Assembly (NCBI GenBank): GCA_963717505.1
Contig: OY970342.1
Location: 1,120,001-1,184,000, forward strand
Length of the DNA stretch: 64,000 nt
Direction of reading: 5' to 3'
Source: Candidatus Eiseniibacteriota bacterium
GTDB lineage: Bacteria > Eisenbacteria > RBG-16-71-46
The translations under genes were made by a program, and so were the position numbers. Shown here piece by piece: positions 7,637 through 15,954 of the stretch (positions are counted from its first letter, which is position 1; each line of letters begins with the position of its first letter). A model generated the notes under the pieces. The model was not told where the DNA came from, did not search any database, and worked only from the letters and a program-made list of their open reading frames with translations.

Positions 7637-10354
7637 TCAATCCGCGTCTTGCGCCTCTTCGGCGGGCGGCGAGTGCTCGGGGAGTTTCCGTTCGACCGAC
7701 ACGATGCGGTAGCGGCGGGTCTGACCGGGTTCGCCGATCTCGACGTTGTCGCCGATCGTGCGGCCGACCAGTGCGCGACCGACCGGCGCCTGGAACGACA
7801 CGACGTGTTCGCCCAAATGGTGCTCGTCTTCGCCGAGGATCCAGTACGTCGCGACATCGGTCTCGCCTTCGAGCACGACCTCGGTGCCCAGACCCACGAC
7901 GCCGTCCTTGGAGTCGACGTCTTCGACGAAGCGCGCGCGCGCGAGGCGCTTCTGGAGAGAGGCCACGAGTTTGCTGACGTTGGCCTGCTTGAGCTTCGCG
8001 GAATGGAACTCCGCGTTCTCGCGCAGGTCGCCCAGCTCGCGCGCCTTGCGGATGGTCTGCGGAATGGTCGTGCGCAGTTCGCGCTCGAGTCGGTCCAGCT
8101 CGCCGCGCAGCCGGTCGAACGTGGCGCGGGTCATGACCACCAGGTCGGTGGTCTCGGCAATCTGGCCGACGCCTTCGAACAGGCGCGCCGAGCGTTGATC
8201 GCGGGCGGTGCGCACAGTGTCGGCTTCCTCGACAAGTCCCAGTCGTTCAACGAGTTCTAGCGCCGGAAACAGGAAACGGTCGCTCGACCGCCACTGGCGG
8301 AGCAACACGCGCACGCGCAACCGATGGTCCTCATCGGGCGGGTGGTCCTTCAGGATGCGCTCGAAGGCACCGCCGGGCTCGAGCCAGCGCAGGACCTTTT
8401 CGGCCACCGAAGCCTTGGGCCGCTCTTCGATCAGCCCGAGTGCCGCATTCAACAATCGCCAGCCTTCCATGCCCTGCGGCGTCGACTCCAATTCCTCCTC
8501 GATGCGCCGGAGCGCCGCCCCGGGGTAGCGGACGGCATGCGCGATCAGCGTCGCACGCAGCGCGTCGCGGCCTCGGTCGTCGAGGCGCTCGAGCAACTCA
8601 CCGGCTTCGGCGCGGACCGAGGCGAAGCGCGAGTCGAGTGCCGAGAGAATCGCATCCGACTCGACGCCCGCAGCGTGCGACGAGCGCAGCAACGCCATCT
8701 GTTCGTCTTCTCCGCTCAGATCGGCGACCGAGAGTCCGCGCTCCCACAACTCGCGCAATACGCTGCCCCATTCCTCGAGTCGCTCCGGATACCAGCGCGC
8801 CACGTGCAGCCCGGCTCGCGCACGATCCATCAGCTCGGCGTCGGAATCATGCATCAGCCGCGCCAGGTAGCGGCCGAACCGCTGCGCGAGTGCCGAGTCG
8901 GCGCCCGGATGCTGGGCCAGGAACTTCTTGAGCGTCGCCAGATTGGTGCGCGCCGGCTTGCGCGCCTCGAGCCCGGGCAGCGGTCCGCTGACATCGGCGG
9001 CCGCGCCCTCGGGAGCCAGCCGATAGCGTTGCTCGAAGGCGCGGGAGGCATCGACCCGCGGGTCCTTCTCCAGCGCCGCCCGTCCCCGCCGCCAGAAAGA
9101 CGTCCAGTCCTTGACCGGAATGATCTGCGAGCCAACCAGGAACACTTTGAGACGCGTGGCGTCCCCGTCGCCGCCCAGGGCGCGCAGCGCACGCACCAGG
9201 ATCTCCGCGGGCTGGCTGGTCGCGAGCTTGACGATCGCGCCCGGATCCGACGCGGCCACCAGCCGCAAGTCCTCCTCGTCGATCGCGGCCAGCGTGCGGC
9301 GCGCGGCCGCGATCGGCATCGCGTGCCCGCGCGAATGGGCGAAGTCCACGCGCACCGTGTCGGCGTCATTGGCGACCACGCGGCCGGCGCCGAACGACGA
9401 GTGGTGCACCGCGCGCCCCGGCGGCAACGACGCGATCGCGTCGAATCGCTCGAGCGACGGCAGGAAGGGTCGTGCTGGGTCGGCGACCCCGGAGGCTGCA
9501 AGGACCGCTTCCGCGTCGGGCAGGTCGCGGGCCGGCCCTTGTCTCAGCCCTTCGACCACCAGGCTCCTCAGGCGATCGGCGGCGCCCGGGCCCAGGCGCT
9601 CGGAGATCTGCGCCACCACCGAGCGCAGGGCAGGCAGGGTTTCACCGGCTCGCCCGGAGAGCTTGATCGGACCAAAGGCGATGTCGAGCAACTGATTGAG
9701 TTCGCCGGTCGCGCCCTGCTCGACCAGAACCGGGAGTGTGGCTACGAGCCGAAGCAGTCCGTCGACATCCTGGTGCTCGGAGAACTCGAGGGCGGCTTCC
9801 TCGAGGCCGGCGTACCGCTTTTCCTCGGCGAAGCGCGGCATCAACTCGGCCAGCAGGGTGCGGCGTTCTCCGGCCCGCCCCGCGGCTCCCAGCCTCACCG
9901 CGAGCTGCAGACCGATTTCGAGATCCTCGGGAATCATGGCCCAGGCGCGCTGCAAAGCTTCGGTGTGCTCGGGTTCGCGGGCCAGGTGCTCGTACGCCGT
10001 CACCAGGAGTCGGACGGCGGCCTGGGTTTCCTCTACGGCGAGTGCCCGCTCGGCGATCAACGACAGGGCTTCCCAGTCAGCGGCGCGAGCCAGTCCGTCG
10101 CCGAGCGCGAGCAGGGTCTGGTGGGCGCGTTCGATCTCGCCGTTCCGGCGGCAGACTTCGGCGAGCAGGAAAGCGACGCCGGCGCTCGGATGGGGCTGGC
10201 GCATGCGCGCCGCGCACTCGTCGCGGACGAAAACCAGCATGCGCTCGCCATCGGCGCGTTCAGCCAACGCGTCGAGATCAGAGACCGCCGAAGCGGTGAG
10301 CGTGGCGGCCTGTTCGCCGCGTAGTACGGGGGGAAGGGCTTCGCGAATGGACAT
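7637..10354 (-). CDS. greA: long GreA/GreB-family elongation factor with large N-terminal helical extension
   Basis: C-terminal ARELGDLRENAEFHSAK and SFQAPVGRALVG...GD. Confidence 0.85.
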   Translation of the reverse strand: MSIREALPPVLRGEQAATLTASAVSDLDALAERADGERMLVFVRDECAARMRQPHPSAGVAFLLAEVCRRNGEIERAHQTLLALGDGLARAADWEALSLIAERALAVEETQAAVRLLVTAYEHLAREPEHTEALQRAWAMIPEDLEIGLQLAVRLGAAGRAGERRTLLAELMPRFAEEKRYAGLEEAALEFSEHQDVDGLLRLVATLPVLVEQGATGELNQLLDIAFGPIKLSGRAGETLPALRSVVAQISERLGPGAADRLRSLVVEGLRQGPARDLPDAEAVLAASGVADPARPFLPSLERFDAIASLPPGRAVHHSSFGAGRVVANDADTVRVDFAHSRGHAMPIAAARRTLAAIDEEDLRLVAASDPGAIVKLATSQPAEILVRALRALGGDGDATRLKVFLVGSQIIPVKDWTSFWRRGRAALEKDPRVDASRAFEQRYRLAPEGAAADVSGPLPGLEARKPARTNLATLKKFLAQHPGADSALAQRFGRYLARLMHDSDAELMDRARAGLHVARWYPERLEEWGSVLRELWERGLSVADLSGEDEQMALLRSSHAAGVESDAILSALDSRFASVRAEAGELLERLDDRGRDALRATLIAHAVRYPGAALRRIEEELESTPQGMEGWRLLNAALGLIEERPKASVAEKVLRWLEPGGAFERILKDHPPDEDHRLRVRVLLRQWRSSDRFLFPALELVERLGLVEEADTVRTARDQRSARLFEGVGQIAETTDLVVMTRATFDRLRGELDRLERELRTTIPQTIRKARELGDLRENAEFHSAKLKQANVSKLVASLQKRLARARFVEDVDSKDGVVGLGTEVVLEGETDVATYWILGEDEHHLGEHVVSFQAPVGRALVGRTIGDNVEIGEPGQTRRYRIVSVERKLPEHSPPAEEAQDAD

Positions 10355-10401
10355 TCAGCGCTACAGGGTGAGAATGGTCTGCGATGATACACTGGCCGGC
10401 C

Positions 10402-10974
10402 GTGAAGATCTACACGCGCACAGGGGACGATGGCAGCACCGGACTCCTCGGTCCCGAGCGAGTGCCTAAGAGCGATCCCCGGATCGAGGCCTGCGGGGCG
10501 GTGGACGAGCTGAATGCCGCCCTGGGAGTGACCGGGACCCTGGACGATCGCGGTTGGTTCACCGACGAGTTCCGGGGATTCCAGCCGGCGTTGTTCGAAA
10601 TCGGGGCCGCACTCGCGGCCGCCGGACCCCGGGCCCCGGTTGCGCGCGGCGTGACCGACGACGATGTCGCCAAACTCGAGGCCACGATCGACGCGCTCGA
10701 GTCCGCGCTTCCGGCGTTGACGCGCTTCATCCTGCCAGGAGGCACGCCACTGGCCGCACAGCTCCACGTGGCGCGCACCGTGTGCCGGCGCGCCGAGCGC
10801 CGCGTAGTCGCACTGGGCGTCGAGGGTGAGGCCCGGGCGCGCATCGTGCGCTACCTGAACCGGCTCGGCGACCTGCTGTTCGTCATGGCGCGCACCAGCA
10901 ACCGCCGCGCAGGAACCGCGGAAATCGAGTGGCTGCCGGAGCCGCCGGGTGCCGAGGCCGGCGGCACGCGCTGA
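10402..10974 (+). CDS. ATP:cob(I)alamin adenosyltransferase, PduO type
   Basis: KIYTRTGDDGST, G.VDELNA, FILPGG, RTVCRRAER, YLNRL.D.LF. Confidence 0.95.
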   Translation: MKIYTRTGDDGSTGLLGPERVPKSDPRIEACGAVDELNAALGVTGTLDDRGWFTDEFRGFQPALFEIGAALAAAGPRAPVARGVTDDDVAKLEATIDALESALPALTRFILPGGTPLAAQLHVARTVCRRAERRVVALGVEGEARARIVRYLNRLGDLLFVMARTSNRRAGTAEIEWLPEPPGAEAGGTR

Positions 10975-10984
10975 AAGGGCGGGC

Positions 10985-11013
10985 TGGACAAGCGCAATCC
11001 CCGCAGGGATAAT
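10985..11013 (+). promoter_or_regulatory. sigma70 promoter of rho
   Basis: TGGACA, 17 nt, GATAAT. Confidence 0.7.
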
Positions 11014-11226
11014 GCGCCATACCTCACCGCTTCGCTTTTCGGCCGCACGAGTCCTGCGCGGCCACACTGAGGTTGCCGCGCCGTAGATCGCGGTGATGCG
11101 CCAGGTGGACCCGGCCCCCGAACGTGCGCGGCCTGACCACCTCATTTCGGACGCCGCCTGCCGTTGCGGTCACCCGAGGTCCCAAGTGCACCGGTCCTCA
11201 CGAACCCCGTGGAGAAACCCAACTCG

Positions 11227-12417
11227 ATGAGATCGCGCCGTCGTCGTCCTCGCGGTCCGCGCCCAGTCAATCCTGGCGTCGGCCCCGAACCCGGTAGTTT
11301 CTCCTCGCCGACCGGCGCGCCCCCGCAACGACGTCGACGCCGGCCGCGTGGCGTCGGCCGTCCGGTCGACAACAGCGCACCGCAACCCTATCCCGACAAC
11401 CGGCCGCGCCCGATGGGCCCGCCGCGGCAGGGTGGTGGTGGTGGTGGTGGTGGCGGCAGCATGCGCCGCCGGAATCGCGGTCGTGGTAATGGCGGTCCGC
11501 CGCGACGTCGCGGCCTGGAAGTTCTCCGTGACGTGCAGCAGGTTGGCGTCGCGCTCGATCCCACCGAGCGCCTGGTCCTCGAGCTACCGCCCGGCAAGGG
11601 CGATCCCCCCTATGGAGATCGCATCACGGGGCGGGCCATCGATCTGATCGCGCCCATAGGTCGCGGACAGCGTTGCGTGATCGTCTCGCCGCCCAAAGCC
11701 GGCAAGACCCGCATCCTGCAGGCGATCGCGTCCTCGATCGCGCACAACCATCCCGAGGTCCTGATCTACGCGCTGCTGGTCGACGAGCGGCCCGAGGAGG
11801 TCACCGACTTCCGCCGCAACACGCCGGCGAACGTCATCGCCGCTTCGAGCGACATGACCATCCGCCAGCACATCGAGACCGCCGAACACGCGATGGAGGT
11901 GGTCGCCGGCCACGTGCTCGAGGGCAAGGATGTCGTCCTGCTGCTCGACTCGATCACGCGCCTGGCACGCGCCTACAACAACAACGCCGACGGCAGCGGT
12001 CGCACGATGTCGGGCGGTCTCGACACCAACGCCATGCAGTCGCCGCGGCAGATCTTCGGCGCCGCGCGCAAGATCGAGGGCGGCGGCTCGCTGACCATCA
12101 TCGGCACGGCGCTGGTCGACACCGGCTCGCGCATGGATCAGATCATCTTCGAGGAGTTCAAGGGCACCGGGAACAGCGAGATCTACCTGTCGCGCGAACT
12201 GGCGGAGCGCCGCATCTATCCGGCGATCGACATCCAGAAGAGCGGCACGCGCAAGGAAGAGAAGCTCTATCCGCCCGACATCGTGCCGAAGATCCACCTG
12301 CTGCGGCGCGGTCTGGCCGGGCTGCAGCCGGTCGAGGCGATGACCAAGCTGCTGGAGCTGCTCCAGCGCTGGAAGAGCAACGAGGAGATTTTCAACCTGC
12401 TGCGCAGCAGCGAGTAG
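11227..12417 (+). CDS. rho: transcription termination factor Rho, atypical (no recognisable N-terminal RNA-binding domain)
   Basis: PPKAGKT, DERPEEVTD, DSITRLARAYN, FEEFKGTGN, SGTRKEE; N-terminus is low-complexity R/G/P. Confidence 0.93.
   Translation: MRSRRRRPRGPRPVNPGVGPEPGSFSSPTGAPPQRRRRRPRGVGRPVDNSAPQPYPDNRPRPMGPPRQGGGGGGGGGSMRRRNRGRGNGGPPRRRGLEVLRDVQQVGVALDPTERLVLELPPGKGDPPYGDRITGRAIDLIAPIGRGQRCVIVSPPKAGKTRILQAIASSIAHNHPEVLIYALLVDERPEEVTDFRRNTPANVIAASSDMTIRQHIETAEHAMEVVAGHVLEGKDVVLLLDSITRLARAYNNNADGSGRTMSGGLDTNAMQSPRQIFGAARKIEGGGSLTIIGTALVDTGSRMDQIIFEEFKGTGNSEIYLSRELAERRIYPAIDIQKSGTRKEEKLYPPDIVPKIHLLRRGLAGLQPVEAMTKLLELLQRWKSNEEIFNLLRSSE
11431..11457 (+). repeat. (GGT)7(GGC)2 trinucleotide run encoding Gly9 in Rho
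   Basis: Read directly from the sequence. Confidence 0.9.
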
Positions 12418-12423
12418 GCACGC

Positions 12424-12981
12424 TCACACCCGCTCGACGAACTCCCCGGTGCGGGTGTCGATCTTCACGCGGTTCCCGATCTCGATGTAGGGCGGGACTT
12501 TGATCTCGAGGCCGGTCTCGAGGGTCGCCGGCTTCGAGGTGTTCTGCACCGCGGCGCCCTTGATGTTGGGCGTGGTCTCGCGGACCTCGAGTTCCACGAA
12601 CATCGGCACCTCGATCCCGACCACGCGACCTTCGAAGTACATCGCCTCGAGAGCCATCCCCTCGATCATGTAGCCGACCGCGTCGCCCAGGACGTCCTTG
12701 CCGAGGGCCACCATTTCGTAGCTCTCGGTATTCATGAAGTGGAATTCGTCACCGGCGCGGTAGCTGAACTGCAGAGTAGTGCTGCTCGAGGTTGGCCTTC
12801 TCGACCTTGTCCTCGGAGCGGAACCGGTGTTCGGTGTTGCTGCCGGTCTCGATGTTGACCAGCGGGTCTGGACCATGCCGCGCCAGTTGCCCGGGGTGAC
12901 GTGAACCACGTTCGTCACCCGGTGCGGCTTGCCGTTGTGCATGATGACGTTGCCGACCTTGATCTGGGTGGCGGCGATCAC
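12424..12981 (-). CDS. efp: elongation factor P (two compensating indels as assembled)
   Basis: HVTPGNWRGMVQT, KPATLETG, VPPYI..G..VKIDTRTGEFVERV; the HRFRSEDKVE segment lies in another frame. Confidence 0.92.
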   Translation of the reverse strand: MIAATQIKVGNVIMHNGKPHRVTNVVHVTPGNWRGMVQTRWSTSRPAATPNTGSAPRTRSRRPTSSSTTLQFSYRAGDEFHFMNTESYEMVALGKDVLGDAVGYMIEGMALEAMYFEGRVVGIEVPMFVELEVRETTPNIKGAAVQNTSKPATLETGLEIKVPPYIEIGNRVKIDTRTGEFVERV

Positions 12982-13081
12982 GGGAGCACTCCTGGGTTTG
13001 CAGGTGGGAATACGAAGGGGGGAAACACACCCTCCAGGGGCCTCCCCACGACAGCGGCCGATGATTCTGGCGGAAACCAGA

Positions 13082-13107
13082 GGGGCGGCGCAACCGCGCG
13101 CCGCCCC
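13082..13107 (-). terminator. terminator-like hairpin after the metalloprotease gene
   Basis: GGGGCGGCGC-N6-GCGCCGCCCC, weak T-tract. Confidence 0.55.
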
Positions 13108-13131
13108 CGTCGACTTCGTGGCTTGCTTCCC

Positions 13132-15834
13132 CTAATCGGCCTTGACCTCCATCTGCGCCGCCAACGCGGTGCCGATGCGCGCGTCGGTCTCCTGCAGGTG
13201 GGCGCGAGTGGTGGTTTCCAACGCGGTGCCGGCCGCCAGCTTCGTGCGGATCTTCCGCTGGATCCGCTCCATCGAGTAACGCGCCAGCGTGGTCGCGTCC
13301 TCGGGATACTTCATTCCCGGCGTGGTCGCGAGGAATCCGGTGGCGGCACCCGGCTGGCGGGTCGCGATGCGCACCAGGTGCCGCAGGTGCTCGCGCTGGA
13401 CGTTGCGCCGCAGGCTCGAGATCTCGCGACCGGCGCCGTCGAGCTCGGACCAGATCGACGTGTTGAGATCGCCGAACAGGTCCGCCATGCGGAACACCGG
13501 CGCGCCGGCGGCAAACCGCAGCTCGTTGTCCTGGATCCGCGCCAGCGTCACCGGGTGCAGCAGCCGACCCAGCACCAACGCCTGGACGTTCAGCACGCTC
13601 TGGTGCCAGGGGAAGTCGAGTCGCTGGTTCTGGAAGTAGGCCGGGTTCAGGCCGTAGTTGCGGTCGATCGCGAGCTTGTTGTTCACCGACGGCGGGAGCG
13701 GGAACGCCTTCGGCCCGAAGCAGTGCTCGGACAGCAGCGCCAGCGCTTCCTTCTGCTTCGCGGCCGCCACCGGCTCGAACGGCACGCGGCCGTTCGGGTC
13801 GCCGACGTGATCGCGCCGGTGGTAGACACCGCCCACGAACTTGGAGGAGGTCAGCATCGAGCGGAAGTTGTCCGCCAGGCCGCGCAGCATGGCGCGCCGC
13901 AGGATCTGGTAGCCGTCTCCGGGCTCGGCCAGCTTGGCGTCCATCGTCGACCACAGCTCGTTCACCAGCCCGACGCGTTCACGGAAGTACGCGAGCGGGT
14001 CGGTGGCCTGGTCGTACTGGTTCGCCAGAGGATCGATCGACCACGGCGAGTAGGTGCCGATCGCATCTTCGTCGGTCGAGTACGGCAGCATCGGGTCGGC
14101 GCAGCGCGACGCAATCGCCGCGAGCCCGGCCGCCTCGTCTCCCGAGATCGGCTTGTATGCGTATTCGATCGCCCAGTAGTCGTAAGGGCCGAGCGTCACC
14201 GGGACGAAGTGCCCCTGCGTGCGCCCCTTGCCGGCGACGATCACCGGGTTGTAGTCCATAACCGAACTCGACTGGGAAAGCTCGGTCGTCCGCTGGACGT
14301 TGTACAGGTCCTCCACCGGCAGGATCGAGCTCGCGCGGAAATTGTGGCGGAGTCCTAGCGTGTGGCCGACTTCGTGGGCCGTCAGCTCGAGGATGTACTC
14401 GTGCATCAGCTTCTTTTCCATCTCCGGCGACAGCCCGCCGCGCGCCTCGAGCACGGCGACTGCGAACGACGCCTGCTCCGCGAGCCCGCTGGCGTAGCCG
14501 CACTGGCCGCGCGGATCCTTGGCCCACGCCGTCGCGGGCGATGCCATCCCCTCGTGCGCCGGACTCGCCGGCGCCACGTATTCCTCGCCCACCCGGCGCG
14601 CGTTGCGGATGATGCCTTCGCTCATGCCGATGTCGGCGTCATAGATCTCGCCGGTCAACGGATTCGCGCGGGACGGGCCGATGGCGAAGGTGGCGTCGAC
14701 GCCGGCGAACCAGCGAATCACGTTGTAGCGCACGTCGGCCGGATCCCAGTCTGCGTCGTCCGGCATCTGCTTGACGACCACCGCGTCCTTGAACCCGATC
14801 TTCTCGAACGCCTGGTTCCACAGCAGCGTGCCCTCGCGCATCGCGTCGCGGTACTCGACCGGGATCGTGTTCTCGAGCCAGAACACGATCGGCTGCTTGG
14901 GGGGCGACACCGCGGCCGCCGGATCCTGCTTCTCCAGGTTCCAGCGGGTGATGTAGCGCCGGTAGGGCGACTGCGGAACGTCCGAGGAGAAGTCCTGTTG
15001 GACCACCAGGAAGTGTCCGACCCGGTCGTCGGCCAGCCGCGGGCGGTAGCTGCTCTGCGGAATCGCCGACAGGCTGTACTTGACCAGCGCCGGGATGCTG
15101 CGGCCGTCGGCGAGCGTGATCGACGGCACCTTGAGCTCGTCGGTCGTGTAGTGGAGGAACACGTCGATCAAGACGTTCTCGGGGAAGCCGTGCACTCCGC
15201 GGACGCCGCTGCGTTCCTTGTCGAACCCGAACTTGGTCGGCTCGTACGCCTGGGACAAGCCGACGGCGAACCCGGGAAGGTCGCGCGAGCCGAACAGCTC
15301 CTGCGCATCGACCAGCACGCTCTTGCGTTCCGGATGCGGCTGGGACTGGATCTTGGCCGAGCTCATGATCGCGTCGGGGAACGAGCGCTGGATCGCGCGC
15401 AACTGGGCCGTTCCGGGGTCCGAGGTGAACGAGGTGTTCTTGCGAACCCAGTTGATGGTCTTGCCGACACGCTTGAACTCGCAGCCGAAGTCGGCCAACT
15501 GCTGCGCGGCATAGAACCCACGCTCGCCGGCGGCCTGATCCAGGCTGGCCGCGAACAGAACCATCGTGTCGAGCTGCGCCGGCAGGATCTCCATGAAGAC
15601 TTTGCCGTCGTCCGCGCGGCGGTAGAACGTGAACAGGCCGGGAACGACCTCGAAGTCCTTGATCACCGTGTCGAACGGTTTCTCGTCGCCGGACTTGGCC
15701 TCGGCGGTGGCTTCCTTCTTGGCGTCTTTCTTCTCCTTCTTGGCCGCGAGCGCGGGCGAAGGCCCGAGCGCCGGCACGATGCCGATCGCGAGCGCGACCA
15801 GCACGAGAAGGACGGGGAGTCGGGTGCGAGTCAT
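13132..15834 (-). CDS. secreted zinc metalloprotease (metzincin, DUF5117/DUF4953 EcxA-like)
   Basis: Signal peptide, HEVGHTLGLRH, Met-turn SVMDY, PRLADDRVG.F, GPYDYWAI.Y.Y. Confidence 0.92.
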   Translation of the reverse strand: MTRTRLPVLLVLVALAIGIVPALGPSPALAAKKEKKDAKKEATAEAKSGDEKPFDTVIKDFEVVPGLFTFYRRADDGKVFMEILPAQLDTMVLFAASLDQAAGERGFYAAQQLADFGCEFKRVGKTINWVRKNTSFTSDPGTAQLRAIQRSFPDAIMSSAKIQSQPHPERKSVLVDAQELFGSRDLPGFAVGLSQAYEPTKFGFDKERSGVRGVHGFPENVLIDVFLHYTTDELKVPSITLADGRSIPALVKYSLSAIPQSSYRPRLADDRVGHFLVVQQDFSSDVPQSPYRRYITRWNLEKQDPAAAVSPPKQPIVFWLENTIPVEYRDAMREGTLLWNQAFEKIGFKDAVVVKQMPDDADWDPADVRYNVIRWFAGVDATFAIGPSRANPLTGEIYDADIGMSEGIIRNARRVGEEYVAPASPAHEGMASPATAWAKDPRGQCGYASGLAEQASFAVAVLEARGGLSPEMEKKLMHEYILELTAHEVGHTLGLRHNFRASSILPVEDLYNVQRTTELSQSSSVMDYNPVIVAGKGRTQGHFVPVTLGPYDYWAIEYAYKPISGDEAAGLAAIASRCADPMLPYSTDEDAIGTYSPWSIDPLANQYDQATDPLAYFRERVGLVNELWSTMDAKLAEPGDGYQILRRAMLRGLADNFRSMLTSSKFVGGVYHRRDHVGDPNGRVPFEPVAAAKQKEALALLSEHCFGPKAFPLPPSVNNKLAIDRNYGLNPAYFQNQRLDFPWHQSVLNVQALVLGRLLHPVTLARIQDNELRFAAGAPVFRMADLFGDLNTSIWSELDGAGREISSLRRNVQREHLRHLVRIATRQPGAATGFLATTPGMKYPEDATTLARYSMERIQRKIRTKLAAGTALETTTRAHLQETDARIGTALAAQMEVKAD

Positions 15835-15900
15835 GGGAACCTCCGATTCAGGACGTGTCGACTGCAACGAACCAAGGCAGGGTAGCACCGCTCATGAGAA

Positions 15901-15926
15901 CGGGGGCGGCATGGTGGCCGCCCCCG
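15901..15926 (-). terminator. hairpin between the two metalloprotease genes
   Basis: CGGGGGCGGC-N6-GCCGCCCCCG. Confidence 0.55.
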
Positions 15927-15954
15927 CTCGATCCCACATGTTTCTTCTCAGGCC

